DNA of 64,000 bases from an uncultured Candidatus Cloacimonadota bacterium. Lineage in GTDB: Bacteria; Cloacimonadota; Cloacimonadia; Cloacimonadales; JAJBBL01. The notes under the pieces are model-generated. The model saw only the letters and a list, made by a program, of their open reading frames with translations. It made no database searches and was not told the DNA's origin. Made by a program: the position numbers and the translations under genes. Shown here in pieces: positions 38,398 through 48,600 of this stretch (positions are counted from its first letter, which is position 1; each line of letters starts with the position of its first letter). The DNA lies in NCBI GenBank assembly GCA_964490765.1, contig CAZBDV010000004.1, positions 17,439 through 81,438 on the forward strand. The letters are read 5' to 3'.

Positions 38398-38839
38398 GAT
38401 CATATTGTTTCTGATGCTTATTCTATTGGTTTCCGGCCTCTGCGGATACGATACGGGTAAGAAACCTTTTAAGGCAATGGCTCTATCCCTTATCATACCC
38501 GGAGGGGGACAGTTCTACAATGAATCTTATTATAAAGCGGCTTTCGTTCTCGCTCTCGAGGGGTATTTTATCGGACGCACCATTTATCATCACGACCGGG
38601 TTCAACACTACCACGATATGGCTGACTCTACTGTCGGGGAAGAGCATGATTTCTATATGGAAGAGTATAATCGTTATTACAGGAGAAGGCAGAACGACTA
38701 CTGGTGGCTCGGTACCATTGTCTTTCTCTCTGTAGTCGATGCTTTTGTCGATGCCAACCTATACAACTATAATCAAGAGAAGGAGAGGGTGAATATTCTC
38801 TTCGGACACCAGGGGGTAGGCTTAAGGATCAATTTCTGA
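38390..38839 (+). CDS. small membrane protein, DUF5683-like
   Basis: ALSLIIPGGGQFYN motif and a hydrophobic C-terminal helix. An 8-nt overlap with the upstream gene suggests co-translation. Confidence 0.55.
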   Translation: MRKIILFLMLILLVSGLCGYDTGKKPFKAMALSLIIPGGGQFYNESYYKAAFVLALEGYFIGRTIYHHDRVQHYHDMADSTVGEEHDFYMEEYNRYYRRRQNDYWWLGTIVFLSVVDAFVDANLYNYNQEKERVNILFGHQGVGLRINF

Positions 38840-38845
38840 AAAAGA

Positions 38846-40591
38846 TCAGAGTCTATGACGCCAATCCCTCACTCTGGCATTATCTATCTTATCGTTTAAC
38901 CAGTCTATAAACAGTTCCTCTTTCTGTTCCCGTAGAATTCTCTCTCTTAATTCTTCCCTGTCTGCTGGAGTCATAGCTCTGACATTCGCCGGGTATAGTT
39001 GATGAACAACCGGGATGAATACTCCCTCATCAGTCTCTACCGGCCTGGCTACTGACCTGTCCTTGCCTGAAATGAATATCGCTCTGGCTATATTGATCGG
39101 GTCAGTGGGTGAGAAATAGGTACTATGGTTGAATCTATCGAAATGAAAGACAGGGAAACCTTCACGTTCAGCCTCTTGAATGATTCTGTTATAACTATGA
39201 TCTTTGTAGTACGTATCTCCTATGATCCTCGCTAATTCTCTCTGTCTCTCTCTGATTATGATCTCTTTTATCTCATCATAAACATCGTGCAGAGGTTTAT
39301 AATCAAGGCTCTGGCTCTCTACGACAGAGATCAATACAAAGGCCTGTAACTGATTATGGAACACAGGCTCGAATATGGTGCCCGGTTCAGAATTAATTGC
39401 TCTTTCTATTATTCTATCACTCTTACCCAGGATTGGTAAATAGGGATCATCAGGGGTGATGATATCAGAAGTATGAAGTTGCAGGTCATATTCGTAAGCA
39501 GTGTTAGGAAGTCCTATCTCTGTAGCAAGTTCCCGCATATTGACGATTCTCTCGTATAGCTGGTCACGGGTTCTCTCAGAAGCTTTATGCTGAATGAATA
39601 TCTCTCTTAGTTTGACCAGGTTTCTCGTTCTCGTCATTAGTTGGTATATTACCCATCCATCTTGCACAGCAAAGGGCCTGGTATATTCATCTTCGTTCAA
39701 ACTATCCAGAGCAGCTCTAATCCGTGATGGGAATTCATTGAGTTCTACAAAGGGCATCTCACCTCTATTGACTGAAGTCTGTGAATCCGAGACGATTCCG
39801 GCAAGAATAGGGAAAGAAGTGCTATCTTGCAACTCAGTGTAGACTGAGTCGATTTTTGTTTTTGTTGTCAGCGAATCTGTAGAGCTCGGGAGGAGTGGAA
39901 AGATTATATAATCGATTTTAGTATAAGGTTGAGCAAGAAAATCTATTCGGTGTTCATTATAGTACTCCCTGATCTCCCGGTCATGGATAATGAAATCTTT
40001 GAAAGACTCCGGTTGGATCCAGATAATGGAAACATTTGCAACTGAATTATAGACCAGATATTCATTCTCTAATTCCCGGTCTATTATCTCGTGATTATCG
40101 ATTACTCTCTGTTTCAACTTCTCCATCGGGACATAAATATCGCTGTAATATTCTATCAGCCAGGAGAGATCAATCGGATCGTTATCCAGTAATGAACTGC
40201 GATACTTCTGATGATCGAAACGCCCATCTTCCTGGAAATGTCTTGAATCAAGGATCACATCAGGTACGTTAGACAGAAGAGTATCAAGTACTTCTCGCTG
40301 ACTTACTGTAATCCTGTGTTCTCTTAACTGCTCCTGAAAAATTATTCCCTCTACAAGATTGTGAAAAGCCCTGTCACTGATCTCTTTCCTGGCAATGTCG
40401 TCTGGTGGAAGGCCTGTTCTTAGCACATAAGACTCGAATTGATTTCGCTGTGCTATCATATACTCTTCCTGGGTTATTGGACGATTGTTGACCTTTCCTA
40501 CGTATTCTGACGGCCTGCTTGTACAGGCGGAGAGCAATATAAGCAATGCCAGAACTGATATCACTACAATTTGTTTATTCATTTTCTTCAT
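38846..40591 (-). CDS. periplasmic chaperone, SurA-N/PpiD-like (tentative)
   Basis: Lipoprotein-type signal (LLSACTS), then VGKVNNRPITQEEY... as in SurA N-terminal domains. I could not identify a clear parvulin motif. Confidence 0.5.
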   Translation of the reverse strand: MKKMNKQIVVISVLALLILLSACTSRPSEYVGKVNNRPITQEEYMIAQRNQFESYVLRTGLPPDDIARKEISDRAFHNLVEGIIFQEQLREHRITVSQREVLDTLLSNVPDVILDSRHFQEDGRFDHQKYRSSLLDNDPIDLSWLIEYYSDIYVPMEKLKQRVIDNHEIIDRELENEYLVYNSVANVSIIWIQPESFKDFIIHDREIREYYNEHRIDFLAQPYTKIDYIIFPLLPSSTDSLTTKTKIDSVYTELQDSTSFPILAGIVSDSQTSVNRGEMPFVELNEFPSRIRAALDSLNEDEYTRPFAVQDGWVIYQLMTRTRNLVKLREIFIQHKASERTRDQLYERIVNMRELATEIGLPNTAYEYDLQLHTSDIITPDDPYLPILGKSDRIIERAINSEPGTIFEPVFHNQLQAFVLISVVESQSLDYKPLHDVYDEIKEIIIRERQRELARIIGDTYYKDHSYNRIIQEAEREGFPVFHFDRFNHSTYFSPTDPINIARAIFISGKDRSVARPVETDEGVFIPVVHQLYPANVRAMTPADREELRERILREQKEELFIDWLNDKIDNARVRDWRHRL

Positions 40592-40815
40592 AGTTTTGAG
40601 TACCTCAAGTTATGTAACGCAACATATACCCCTTTTTTGTCAACTATTTCGCAAAAAAAACTCAAAACTCTCTTCAGGACAGGCTGTAACGGAAGGTTGA
40701 AAAAATTCTTGAGTACAGGAACTATGAGGAGAGATCAAACTGACCAATAGGGGAAAGGAAAGTATTACTGAAAACTAAAGGAAACAAGCCAGGAAAAATC
40801 TGAGGACTAATCTCC

Positions 40816-40844
40816 TTGACAAAAATCGCATTACATCTCATTAA
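40816..40844 (+). promoter_or_regulatory. candidate sigma70-type promoter for the 881-aa secreted protein gene
   Basis: TTGACA (40816-40821), N17, CATTAA (40839-40844), 29 nt upstream of the ATG. The -10 is weak, and FCB-type promoters may differ. Confidence 0.3.
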
Positions 40845-40872
40845 ATAATTATTAAACTACAGGAGGCAAATT

Positions 40873-43518
40873 ATGAAGGTACATGTTGTGCTAACGCATC
40901 TAATAATTGCATTATTTCTCCTATCTTCTTCTCTTCTGGCAGCAGAGAGAACTCCAGAATGGTATGAAGAGAGAGGATTGGTATCAGAGACAGAAATTAG
41001 GGAAATACCTCATACAGGATCAAGAACGATGAGAGAGATACCCGAAGGGGGTATTCTTCTTATTCCTGATAGTTCAGGAGACAGAGTTATGGGCTTCGAC
41101 CCGATTTCCGGCGATCTGATTGATGCCAATTTTATCCCACCCCACTCTGATTATCTTTCAACACCTATTCATATTGTCATGAATGCTGAAGGAACTGGTC
41201 TGTTGATAACTGACCAGTTAGCAGATCTGGTTCAGAAATTCAGTTTTGATGGTGTCTATGAGGGTATCTTTGCACCTATTGGCGGTGTAAATAACAACAT
41301 TCTTGATAATATTCGGGGTATGTATATCAGAGATGATGGCCATGCTCTGGTCACAGTTGCCAGTGGGGGTAATGCACACGCCATAGCGGAATTCGATACC
41401 GATGGTAACTATCTCGGTAACTTCATCGACAATAATGCCGGGGGCATGGCCGGACCGTGGTCAATAATATACCGCCCGGATTTTGATGATTATCTGGTCA
41501 GTACCAGCACCAGTAATGCTATCCACCGATTTGACTCCGATGGGATATCGTTAGGTTATTTTGTTCCATCCCTGAATTTCCCCGAACAGTTATACGAAAC
41601 TTCCGAAGGTAATATTCTCGCTGCTACTTTCAGTACTCCGAGCGGTGTTTATGAATACGATAGTTCGGGAACTCAGATCGGGTATTATGGAGTAGTTACC
41701 GGCTTGAGAGGTGTCTATGAACTGGGGAATGGCAATATTCTGGTTACCAACGGCTCGGGAGTTTATGAGATTGACAGAAATAATACGATAGTCGATACAA
41801 AGATAACTGGTGTCAATGCCCGCTTTATCTCCTTTGTCGGACCGAGTATAGGATATGGTATTCCATTTGAAGAGGATTTTGAGGATGGTTCGCTTCCGGA
41901 AGATTGGGAGCAGGAACATATAGAGGGTAGTATTGACTGGTCATATCAGGATGGTGGACATATGGGTAATCCTTCATCCGCTTTTGAAGGTGATTTCAAT
42001 GCTTTCTACCGCTCTGATGTTGTTGGTGACAGCACGGTTCTGATTACACCTCCTCTCCTGATCAGTAATGCTGTCAACCCATTGCTCAGATTCCAGCATG
42101 CACAGGCAGCCTGGGCCGGGTCACAGGATGAGTTGAATGTCTATTATAAAATTGGTGAAGAAGGAGATTGGATACTATTGGAGAGCTATGATAGCGATGT
42201 ACCGGAATGGACAGAGAGAGAAATAGAGCTACCAGATGTTGATGATCTCTGTTATATCGGTTTTGAAGCTGTTTCTGGAGGGGGATATGGTGTCTGTATT
42301 GATCTGGTAGAAGTCTTCGATCATATCTATCCGATTATGGAGGTAACCCCTCTGGAATTTAATGTCGTTCTACTCGAAGGAGAAAGCACTGTTGAGATAT
42401 TAACGATCGGTAATGTCGGCACAGATGATCTGGAGTATGAGATCGACATTCTGGAACCTGCCGGTTGGTTAACAGTATCAGAACCAACAGGAACTATAGA
42501 ACCTGGTGGATCTATCGAATTAGAACTCCTTATTGATTCAACAGGCTTGGAAGGAGATGAGGATTATTCTGCTACTCTAATAGTCAGTGATAACTACTTC
42601 GATATGGAGGTTAACGTAGTAGTCAACCTTCATGTAGAGGCTCTTGTCCTCAATCCACCCCAGAATCTGGAAGGTCTTTACGTCTGGGAACCTTATTACT
42701 ATACTGTTGATCTCTCCTGGGATGTTCCAGTAAATGGAAGAAACAGAGCATTCCGTTCCCGTGAGCTACTGGGATATAATGTATATCGACAGATTCTGCC
42801 TGAGGGTGATTTTGACCTTATCAATACTGAAATCGTCTCTGCTCTCTACTATACAGATGAGGATGTAGACTTCGGTGAAGATTATGCTTATTATGTGACA
42901 GCTGTTTACACTGAAGGAGAATCAGAACCTTCGAATAGTATAGAGATCAATATCCCTGACGCTCAGCAGGTAGCACAGCCTACTGCCAGCCCGGAACCAG
43001 GGGAATATGAAGATTCGGTAACTGTAGAGTTACTCTGCGATACCGAAGAGGCTGAGATCAGATTTACACTCAATGGAGAAGACCCTGATGAAGGATCAAT
43101 GCTCTATGAAGAACCCCTGGAACTGACAGAGGATACAGTAATTAAGGCCCGCGCCTATAAATCGCTCTATCTCCCGAGTGAGATGCTCGAAGCGGAATAC
43201 ACTATCGTAGTTTCAGCAGAGGATACTTCAGAGATAGCTCCTGTTACAGGCCTGTATCCAGCCTTCCCCAATCCTTTTAATCCCTCAACGACGATCTCCT
43301 TCTCTCTGGCTGATGAGGGTATGGTTACTCTAGAACTCTTCAATGCTCGCGGTCAGAAGATCAGGACCCTTGTCCGGGAATGGCGAGAGGCAGGCAATCA
43401 TTCCGTTATATGGAACGGAAGAGATGAACAGGGAAATCCTGTGAGAAGTGGAATCTATTTCTACAGGATGACTGCTGAGGATTATGAAACAGTAAAGAAG
43501 ATGATGTTAATACAATAA
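40873..43518 (+). CDS. multidomain secreted protein with T9SS C-terminal sorting domain
   Basis: Signal peptide, then an N-terminal repeat/propeller-like region. FEEDFEDGSLPEDWEQE...W resembles a choice-of-anchor-J/MAM-like module. Ig/FN3-like segments follow. PTASPEPGEYEDSVTVELLCDTEEAEIRFTLNGEDP resembles the chitobiase/hexosaminidase C-terminal domain. It ends FPNPFNPSTTISFSL...GIYFYRM (T9SS CTD). Confidence 0.75.
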   Translation: MKVHVVLTHLIIALFLLSSSLLAAERTPEWYEERGLVSETEIREIPHTGSRTMREIPEGGILLIPDSSGDRVMGFDPISGDLIDANFIPPHSDYLSTPIHIVMNAEGTGLLITDQLADLVQKFSFDGVYEGIFAPIGGVNNNILDNIRGMYIRDDGHALVTVASGGNAHAIAEFDTDGNYLGNFIDNNAGGMAGPWSIIYRPDFDDYLVSTSTSNAIHRFDSDGISLGYFVPSLNFPEQLYETSEGNILAATFSTPSGVYEYDSSGTQIGYYGVVTGLRGVYELGNGNILVTNGSGVYEIDRNNTIVDTKITGVNARFISFVGPSIGYGIPFEEDFEDGSLPEDWEQEHIEGSIDWSYQDGGHMGNPSSAFEGDFNAFYRSDVVGDSTVLITPPLLISNAVNPLLRFQHAQAAWAGSQDELNVYYKIGEEGDWILLESYDSDVPEWTEREIELPDVDDLCYIGFEAVSGGGYGVCIDLVEVFDHIYPIMEVTPLEFNVVLLEGESTVEILTIGNVGTDDLEYEIDILEPAGWLTVSEPTGTIEPGGSIELELLIDSTGLEGDEDYSATLIVSDNYFDMEVNVVVNLHVEALVLNPPQNLEGLYVWEPYYYTVDLSWDVPVNGRNRAFRSRELLGYNVYRQILPEGDFDLINTEIVSALYYTDEDVDFGEDYAYYVTAVYTEGESEPSNSIEINIPDAQQVAQPTASPEPGEYEDSVTVELLCDTEEAEIRFTLNGEDPDEGSMLYEEPLELTEDTVIKARAYKSLYLPSEMLEAEYTIVVSAEDTSEIAPVTGLYPAFPNPFNPSTTISFSLADEGMVTLELFNARGQKIRTLVREWREAGNHSVIWNGRDEQGNPVRSGIYFYRMTAEDYETVKKMMLIQ

Positions 43519-43565
43519 TCAATGCTGAAAGAATTTCATTGAGGTGCAAGTAAGTATCGAGGAGA

Positions 43566-43593
43566 AGAGAGACGGGAAATTTCCCGTCTCTCT
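43566..43593. terminator. perfect 28-nt palindrome between convergent genes (terminator-like hairpin, weak U-tract)
   Basis: AGAGAGACGGGAAATTTCCCGTCTCTCT read directly. It forms an 11-bp stem with an AAATTT loop. Confidence 0.55.
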
Positions 43594-43657
43594 CTGTTTA
43601 ATAATCAGACTCGCGGAGCAAATCCACTCAGGTTATTAGCTTGTGAAAGCTAATATC

Positions 43658-43942
43658 TTATCTTCTTTTTTTGCGGGTTAATGATAGTCCTCCAAAGCCT
43701 CCGAGAATGGCCAAATAGAAGCCAAAGTCATACCACCAGCCGATATTGTTGGCTTCATAAATCCGCACACTCGGATTGAAAATCTGCCAAATCAGAGAGA
43801 TTGGAGCTATCCAGCCATGCCATATACCCCAGAGAAATCCTGCCTTCCTGTTTTCCGAATGGCCTGTTGTGCCAGGAGCACAGGCAGTTATAAGTAACAG
43901 AGTAACCAATACCAGGCTCAAAACAATCATCATTTTTTTCAT
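43658..43942 (-). CDS. small membrane lipoprotein, unknown function
   Basis: 94 aa. Signal LLLITAC, two hydrophobic W/G-rich segments, and a basic tail RKKRR. Confidence 0.5.
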   Translation of the reverse strand: MKKMMIVLSLVLVTLLLITACAPGTTGHSENRKAGFLWGIWHGWIAPISLIWQIFNPSVRIYEANNIGWWYDFGFYLAILGGFGGLSLTRKKRR

Positions 43943-43970
43943 ATTTCACCTCCTGCTTTAAAAGTCTGTT

Positions 43971-44399
43971 TTATTCTATACCAGAAATAGATTTCGGTTT
44001 AAGAGTGGTTTTGGGGATCCACATTGCGCGTAGATTATCTTTAAATCCGCAGATCTCATAGAAATCTCGATTTCCTTCCGTATAAGTTAGAAAGAAGTAT
44101 GTACCTGCAAACTCATCAAGAATTCGAAGCAGCATCCTTTTTGCTATGCCTCTCTTCTGGTATTCCGGCCTGACAACAACGTCGAAAATGCTGGTGTAGT
44201 AATGACCATCAGAGATAGCCCGTGCAAAGCCTATCAGCTTTTCTCCATCATAAGCAGTGATATACCAGGAGTTACGAAAAGCATAGATTATGTCAGATTT
44301 CGACTTTTGCCATCCAACACTATTGAATACGCTGATTACCGCAGAAGCGGTAAGCTGATTGTTTTCTCGAAATTCGAGCTGCATGATAAGTTCCTCCAT
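43971..44399 (-). CDS. GNAT-family N-acetyltransferase
   Basis: 142 aa. VVVRPEYQKRGIAKRML is the acetyl-CoA-binding motif A (Q/RxxGxA). Confidence 0.8.
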   Translation of the reverse strand: MEELIMQLEFRENNQLTASAVISVFNSVGWQKSKSDIIYAFRNSWYITAYDGEKLIGFARAISDGHYYTSIFDVVVRPEYQKRGIAKRMLLRILDEFAGTYFFLTYTEGNRDFYEICGFKDNLRAMWIPKTTLKPKSISGIE

Positions 44400-44477
44400 T
44401 ATATACTATTACATTTCTCACTACATCTTCACAACGGAACATTCCTCGTAGGCATTGATTACTTTTAGTTCAATCCA

Positions 44478-44491
44478 ATTGACATGTCAAT
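44478..44491. promoter_or_regulatory. 14-bp perfect palindrome ATTGACATGTCAAT in a divergent intergenic region
   Basis: Read directly. It contains TTGACA on both strands, between the GNAT (-) and trxA (+) genes. Confidence 0.35.
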
Positions 44492-44582
44492 CAATAACTG
44501 AAGAGAATAAGAGGAAAAAAAATTGCCATTCAGGTTTATTCTGATTATCTTGTCTGCAGAATCATAAAACAATGGAGGAAAG

Positions 44583-44894
44583 ATGGCAGTATTAGAATTG
44601 AACAAAGATAATTTTGACAAAGAGACCGGTTCGGGAGTAACTCTGGTTGACTTCTGGGCTCCATGGTGTGGTCCTTGCCGTATTATTGGACCTGTTGTTG
44701 AAGAGATAGCAGAAGAGATGGATAACATCAAGGTTGGTAAATTGAATATCGACGATAATCAGGAGCTGGCTGTGAAGTTCAATGTTATGAGTATTCCGAC
44801 TTTGATAATATTCAAGGATGGCAAAGCAATGAGTTCAGCTGTTGGAGTAGTATCGAAAAAGGCCCTGATTGATAAGATCAATGCCGTTCTCTGA
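44583..44894 (+). CDS. trxA: thioredoxin
   Basis: 103 aa. FWAPWCGPC active site and the IPTLIIFKDG motif. GGAGG RBS. Confidence 0.95.
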   Translation: MAVLELNKDNFDKETGSGVTLVDFWAPWCGPCRIIGPVVEEIAEEMDNIKVGKLNIDDNQELAVKFNVMSIPTLIIFKDGKAMSSAVGVVSKKALIDKINAVL

Positions 44895-44925
44895 TCTGAG
44901 AATTAGATAAAGATATAAAATCACT

Positions 44926-44961
44926 AAAAAACGGGACAGTAAAATTATACTGTCCCGTTTC
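44926..44961. terminator. bidirectional rho-independent terminator (trxA / yigZ-like)
   Basis: A6, then ACGGGACAGT aaaattat ACTGTCCCGT, then TTT. Read on the minus strand, the stem is followed by T6. Confidence 0.8.
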
Positions 44962-44966
44962 CTGTA

Positions 44967-45569
44967 TCAGTACTCTGTTTTCAGGTATCTATACTTCAAG
45001 ATACCGGCATTCTGAGAGTTGTCCAGTAGTTCCTTCACATTGCTTTCTGGCAATGCTGATATCATCAAGGTAACATCTGCTTGATAGTCGGCAGATAATA
45101 TAGCTGCATCCAGTTCGAGCAGGGTATGCTTCAATTTGTCTGCTTGATTATAATCGGTGATGATCTCGAAATAATCTTGGAGGATCATCTCTTTTAATCG
45201 GGTTCGTTTGATAGTTTCCTCTGTAATATGTCTGTAGGCCTCAATAAGCCCCCTGATACCTAATTTGGTTCCTCCGAAATACCGTGTTACTACACATATG
45301 ACATTGGAAAGCCGGTATTTCTGTAAGGCACCCAGAATCGGTTTTCCTGCTGTCCCGGAGGGTTCACCGGCATCAGAACAATGACTTGTTTCACCATTAA
45401 TACCGATAACATACGCCCAGCAGTTATGTGTAGCGTCTTTATATCGTGTATTGATGGTATTGACGAATTCTTTTACCTCTTCAGGGCATTCAACAGGTGC
45501 CAGATGCCCTATGAAATGGGATTTTCTTATCTGTTCCGAATACTCTATATCTTTTTCTATTGTGAACAT
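44967..45569 (-). CDS. YigZ/IMPACT-family protein
   Basis: 200 aa. KSHFIGHLAPV, ATHNCWAY and DAGEPSGTAGKPIL are UPF0029 (IMPACT N-terminal) motifs, plus a C-terminal DUF1949-like part. Confidence 0.85.
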   Translation of the reverse strand: MFTIEKDIEYSEQIRKSHFIGHLAPVECPEEVKEFVNTINTRYKDATHNCWAYVIGINGETSHCSDAGEPSGTAGKPILGALQKYRLSNVICVVTRYFGGTKLGIRGLIEAYRHITEETIKRTRLKEMILQDYFEIITDYNQADKLKHTLLELDAAILSADYQADVTLMISALPESNVKELLDNSQNAGILKYRYLKTEY

Positions 45570-45604
45570 ACAGGCTTTTATTCTTTATTCCTGATTAATG
45601 AAGC

Positions 45605-48600
45605 TTAGAGCCCAACGGCATCATCTTCGGTATGATCTATCTTACAGGTTTCATGTAATTCTCTGAGGTATTTCCAGATAGGGAGATTGACTGGAGTTGC
45701 CTTAACTCCCCTTATCTTAGATTTTTGCAGAGAGTTATGTAGATAATCCTTATCGAAGTTCTGTTTTTTAGGGATACTCTCAAGCAGATTTTCTACCCGG
45801 TTTTTCCAGATAGAAGGTTCAACCCTCTCCATAGAGATGAGGCCAGCTTCGAAGAGAATTTGTAACATAGCGGGGAAAGTCAAGGATTTGGTCGGATTTT
45901 TGAGCAGTCTCTTCATTCCGTCATCAGAGAAGATAGATCCATCTATTTCCAGATAGGTCGGCTTCGGTAATATTAGATTAGCCGGGAGATTTTTATCGAG
46001 ATGTGTATCAAGAGCAACGATGAAACAGGAACGGCTCCGGATGCTCAGTTCTGGTATAGAATCGCTATAAACAAAGAGGAAATCGCTCTCTACTGGAGCA
46101 TCTAACTCTTTAACATCTAGTATTCGGAAGCCATGCAGATTATTCCAGTCAGACGTTTCCAGTATTCCGGATCCTTCCGAAAAATCACAAACCTCGACCC
46201 CGAAGTCCCAGATTGCTTTAATAATATTCTCATCGAGATGATTCCGATTGTAGATGAATAGGGTTCTGGGAGAGAGCTTTCCGCTACTTTCATCATGAAA
46301 CTTTTGTAACCCCTGCAGCAGATTCTGGCTGTTGTAAAGTTGATCAGCAAATTGGTTGAACCTGTTGTCATTGTCATTAATCAAGATCAATCTCTTGTTC
46401 TCTCTCTGATGATAACGGCAGACGGTTCTCAATGTATGGCTTATCTCACCCACGATAACGATATTTTCTGTCTTGCTCAGGTCCTCATAGGATATATTAT
46501 TTCTCCTCTCTTGCAGAATGTCATCGCTAAATATACGCTTATAAGAAGATGAAACGAGTGTTGACTCATATTTATCAGCCAGTTCTTTCATCAATAATAG
46601 CTCTTCGTTGGTATTGTGCGGTGAAACGAGAAATCTTTTCTTCTTTGCTTCCTTGAGCTTCTCTTTTATGATAGCAGAAGCGGTTGTCCAGCTGATTATT
46701 TCCCAACCTTTATCGGTCTTCAACATTGGTTCATTGACCTTCTGCGGTGCTGCGATTGCCTGCCAGCCAAACTTACCGTAGAAACAGATATTCCTTCTGT
46801 TGAAGTCCTGCTCTTCCGGATGACTTATATAGGAAACATTTCCGAGGGATTGATGAACACTGATGCTGCATCCGGTACCACAAAGGCCACAACTCTGCTC
46901 TACGACATCATCTTCACGGGGATAAGGTTTTATAGTTTTGTTCTTCTCTGTCAGTGCACCAACAGGGCATACTGTGATACATTTGCCACAAGCTTCACAT
47001 CCTGTTTTAGTCAGACTGTCACCGAACTCCGGTGCAACTTCTGCTACAAAACCACGATAGATATAGCCTAAGACTCCTGCTCCCTGAACCTCTGCACAGA
47101 TCCTGACACAACGGCCACATTTGATACATTTGTTCGGGTCACGAAGTATGAAGGGATGGGTTTCGTCGATAGGATGCTGGTTCTTATCGCCGAAGAAGAG
47201 TCTATCATCGACCCCGTATTCTGTAGCTCTATCTCGCAGAGCACAACGATAGTTAACCATACAGCCACATTCCAGACATCTCTCTGCTTCTGTGATTGCC
47301 TCTTCTTCTGTAAAACCGGTCTCGACCTCGGCAAAGTTCTTACTCCTCTCGGTCGGGTCCAGTTCGGGCATATTGACTCGGGAAGCTTTGGGATAGAGCT
47401 TATAAAGGAGGTCTTCCATCTGAGAAAGTTTGTCTGCCCTCTTCGATGTGAAAAGTGGAGAACTGAGGAGAGAACTGTCAATATAGCCCTTTTCCAGGAA
47501 GATATCTATGTTTTCTGCAGCAAACCGACCATCTGCTATAGCTTCAATTGCTGTTGACGGCCCTAATCGGAAATCACCACCAGCAAAGACATTATGCAGT
47601 CCTGTAAAAAAAAGTTTCTCATCAACTTCAGCTGTTGACCAGCGAGTGAGCGGAAGGGTTTTCCCCCCGATTTTATTCTCCTCATCGGCAAAGCAATCAA
47701 TATCTGGAATCTGAGAAATTGCAGCAATAACTGTATCGAACTCTTCTTTAAAGAATTCACCGGTTGGTTCAGGTCGCCTTCTTCCACTGGTATCGGGTTG
47801 TCCCAGCTTCATCTTTTCTAAAACTACCTCTTTCACTCCCTGATCATCACCTATATACTCGACCGGATTGGTAAGGAGATGTAAATTGATCCCCTCTTCC
47901 TCAGCAGCATCGATTTCATAACTCTCTGCTGGCATCTCTTTACGGGTTCGCCGATAAACAATAGTTACCTCTGCACCGAGCCTTCTTGCTGTCCGGGCAC
48001 AGTCTATGGCTGTATTACCACCCCCGACTACAGCTACTCTCTTACCGGTTTTTATATCTTTACCGAGAGCAAAATCTCTCAGATAATCTACTCCGAGATA
48101 ACAACCGTGTAAATCGCTTCCCTTGACTTTCATTGGTACTGCTTTCTGAGCACCAATAGCGAGGTAAACTGCGTCATAATCTTTACTCAATTGAGAGAGT
48201 GAAAAATCAACTCCGAGTTTTTGCCCGGTTTGAATCATCATTCCGTTACTGCACATGAGTTCTATCTCTTTCCTTAGTATATCCTTAGGAAGACGGTATT
48301 CCGGAATTCCGTAACGGAGCCAGCCACCCGGTTCCGGAGCTGCTTCGAAAAGGGTGACATCATATCCTTTATTACTCAGATAATAACCGCAGGTCAATCC
48401 CGAGGGACCGGCACCAACTATAGCGATCTTCTTTCCTTTTGGATCTTCTTTCGGAGGGACATAGGACCAGTAATCATTGAGATCTTCATCAGCACAATAT
48501 CGCTTTAACTGTCGTATAGCCAGGGGTTCGTCAACAAGGCTTCTCCTGCATTCCTTTTCACAAAAAGCGGGACATACCCTCCCGATTGAGAGGGGTAGAG

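Noticed and set aside
44465-44731. 88-aa minus-strand ORF overlapping the trxA start.
   Set aside because: It runs antisense across the trxA RBS and 5' coding region and spans the palindromic spacer. It has no motif or RBS.
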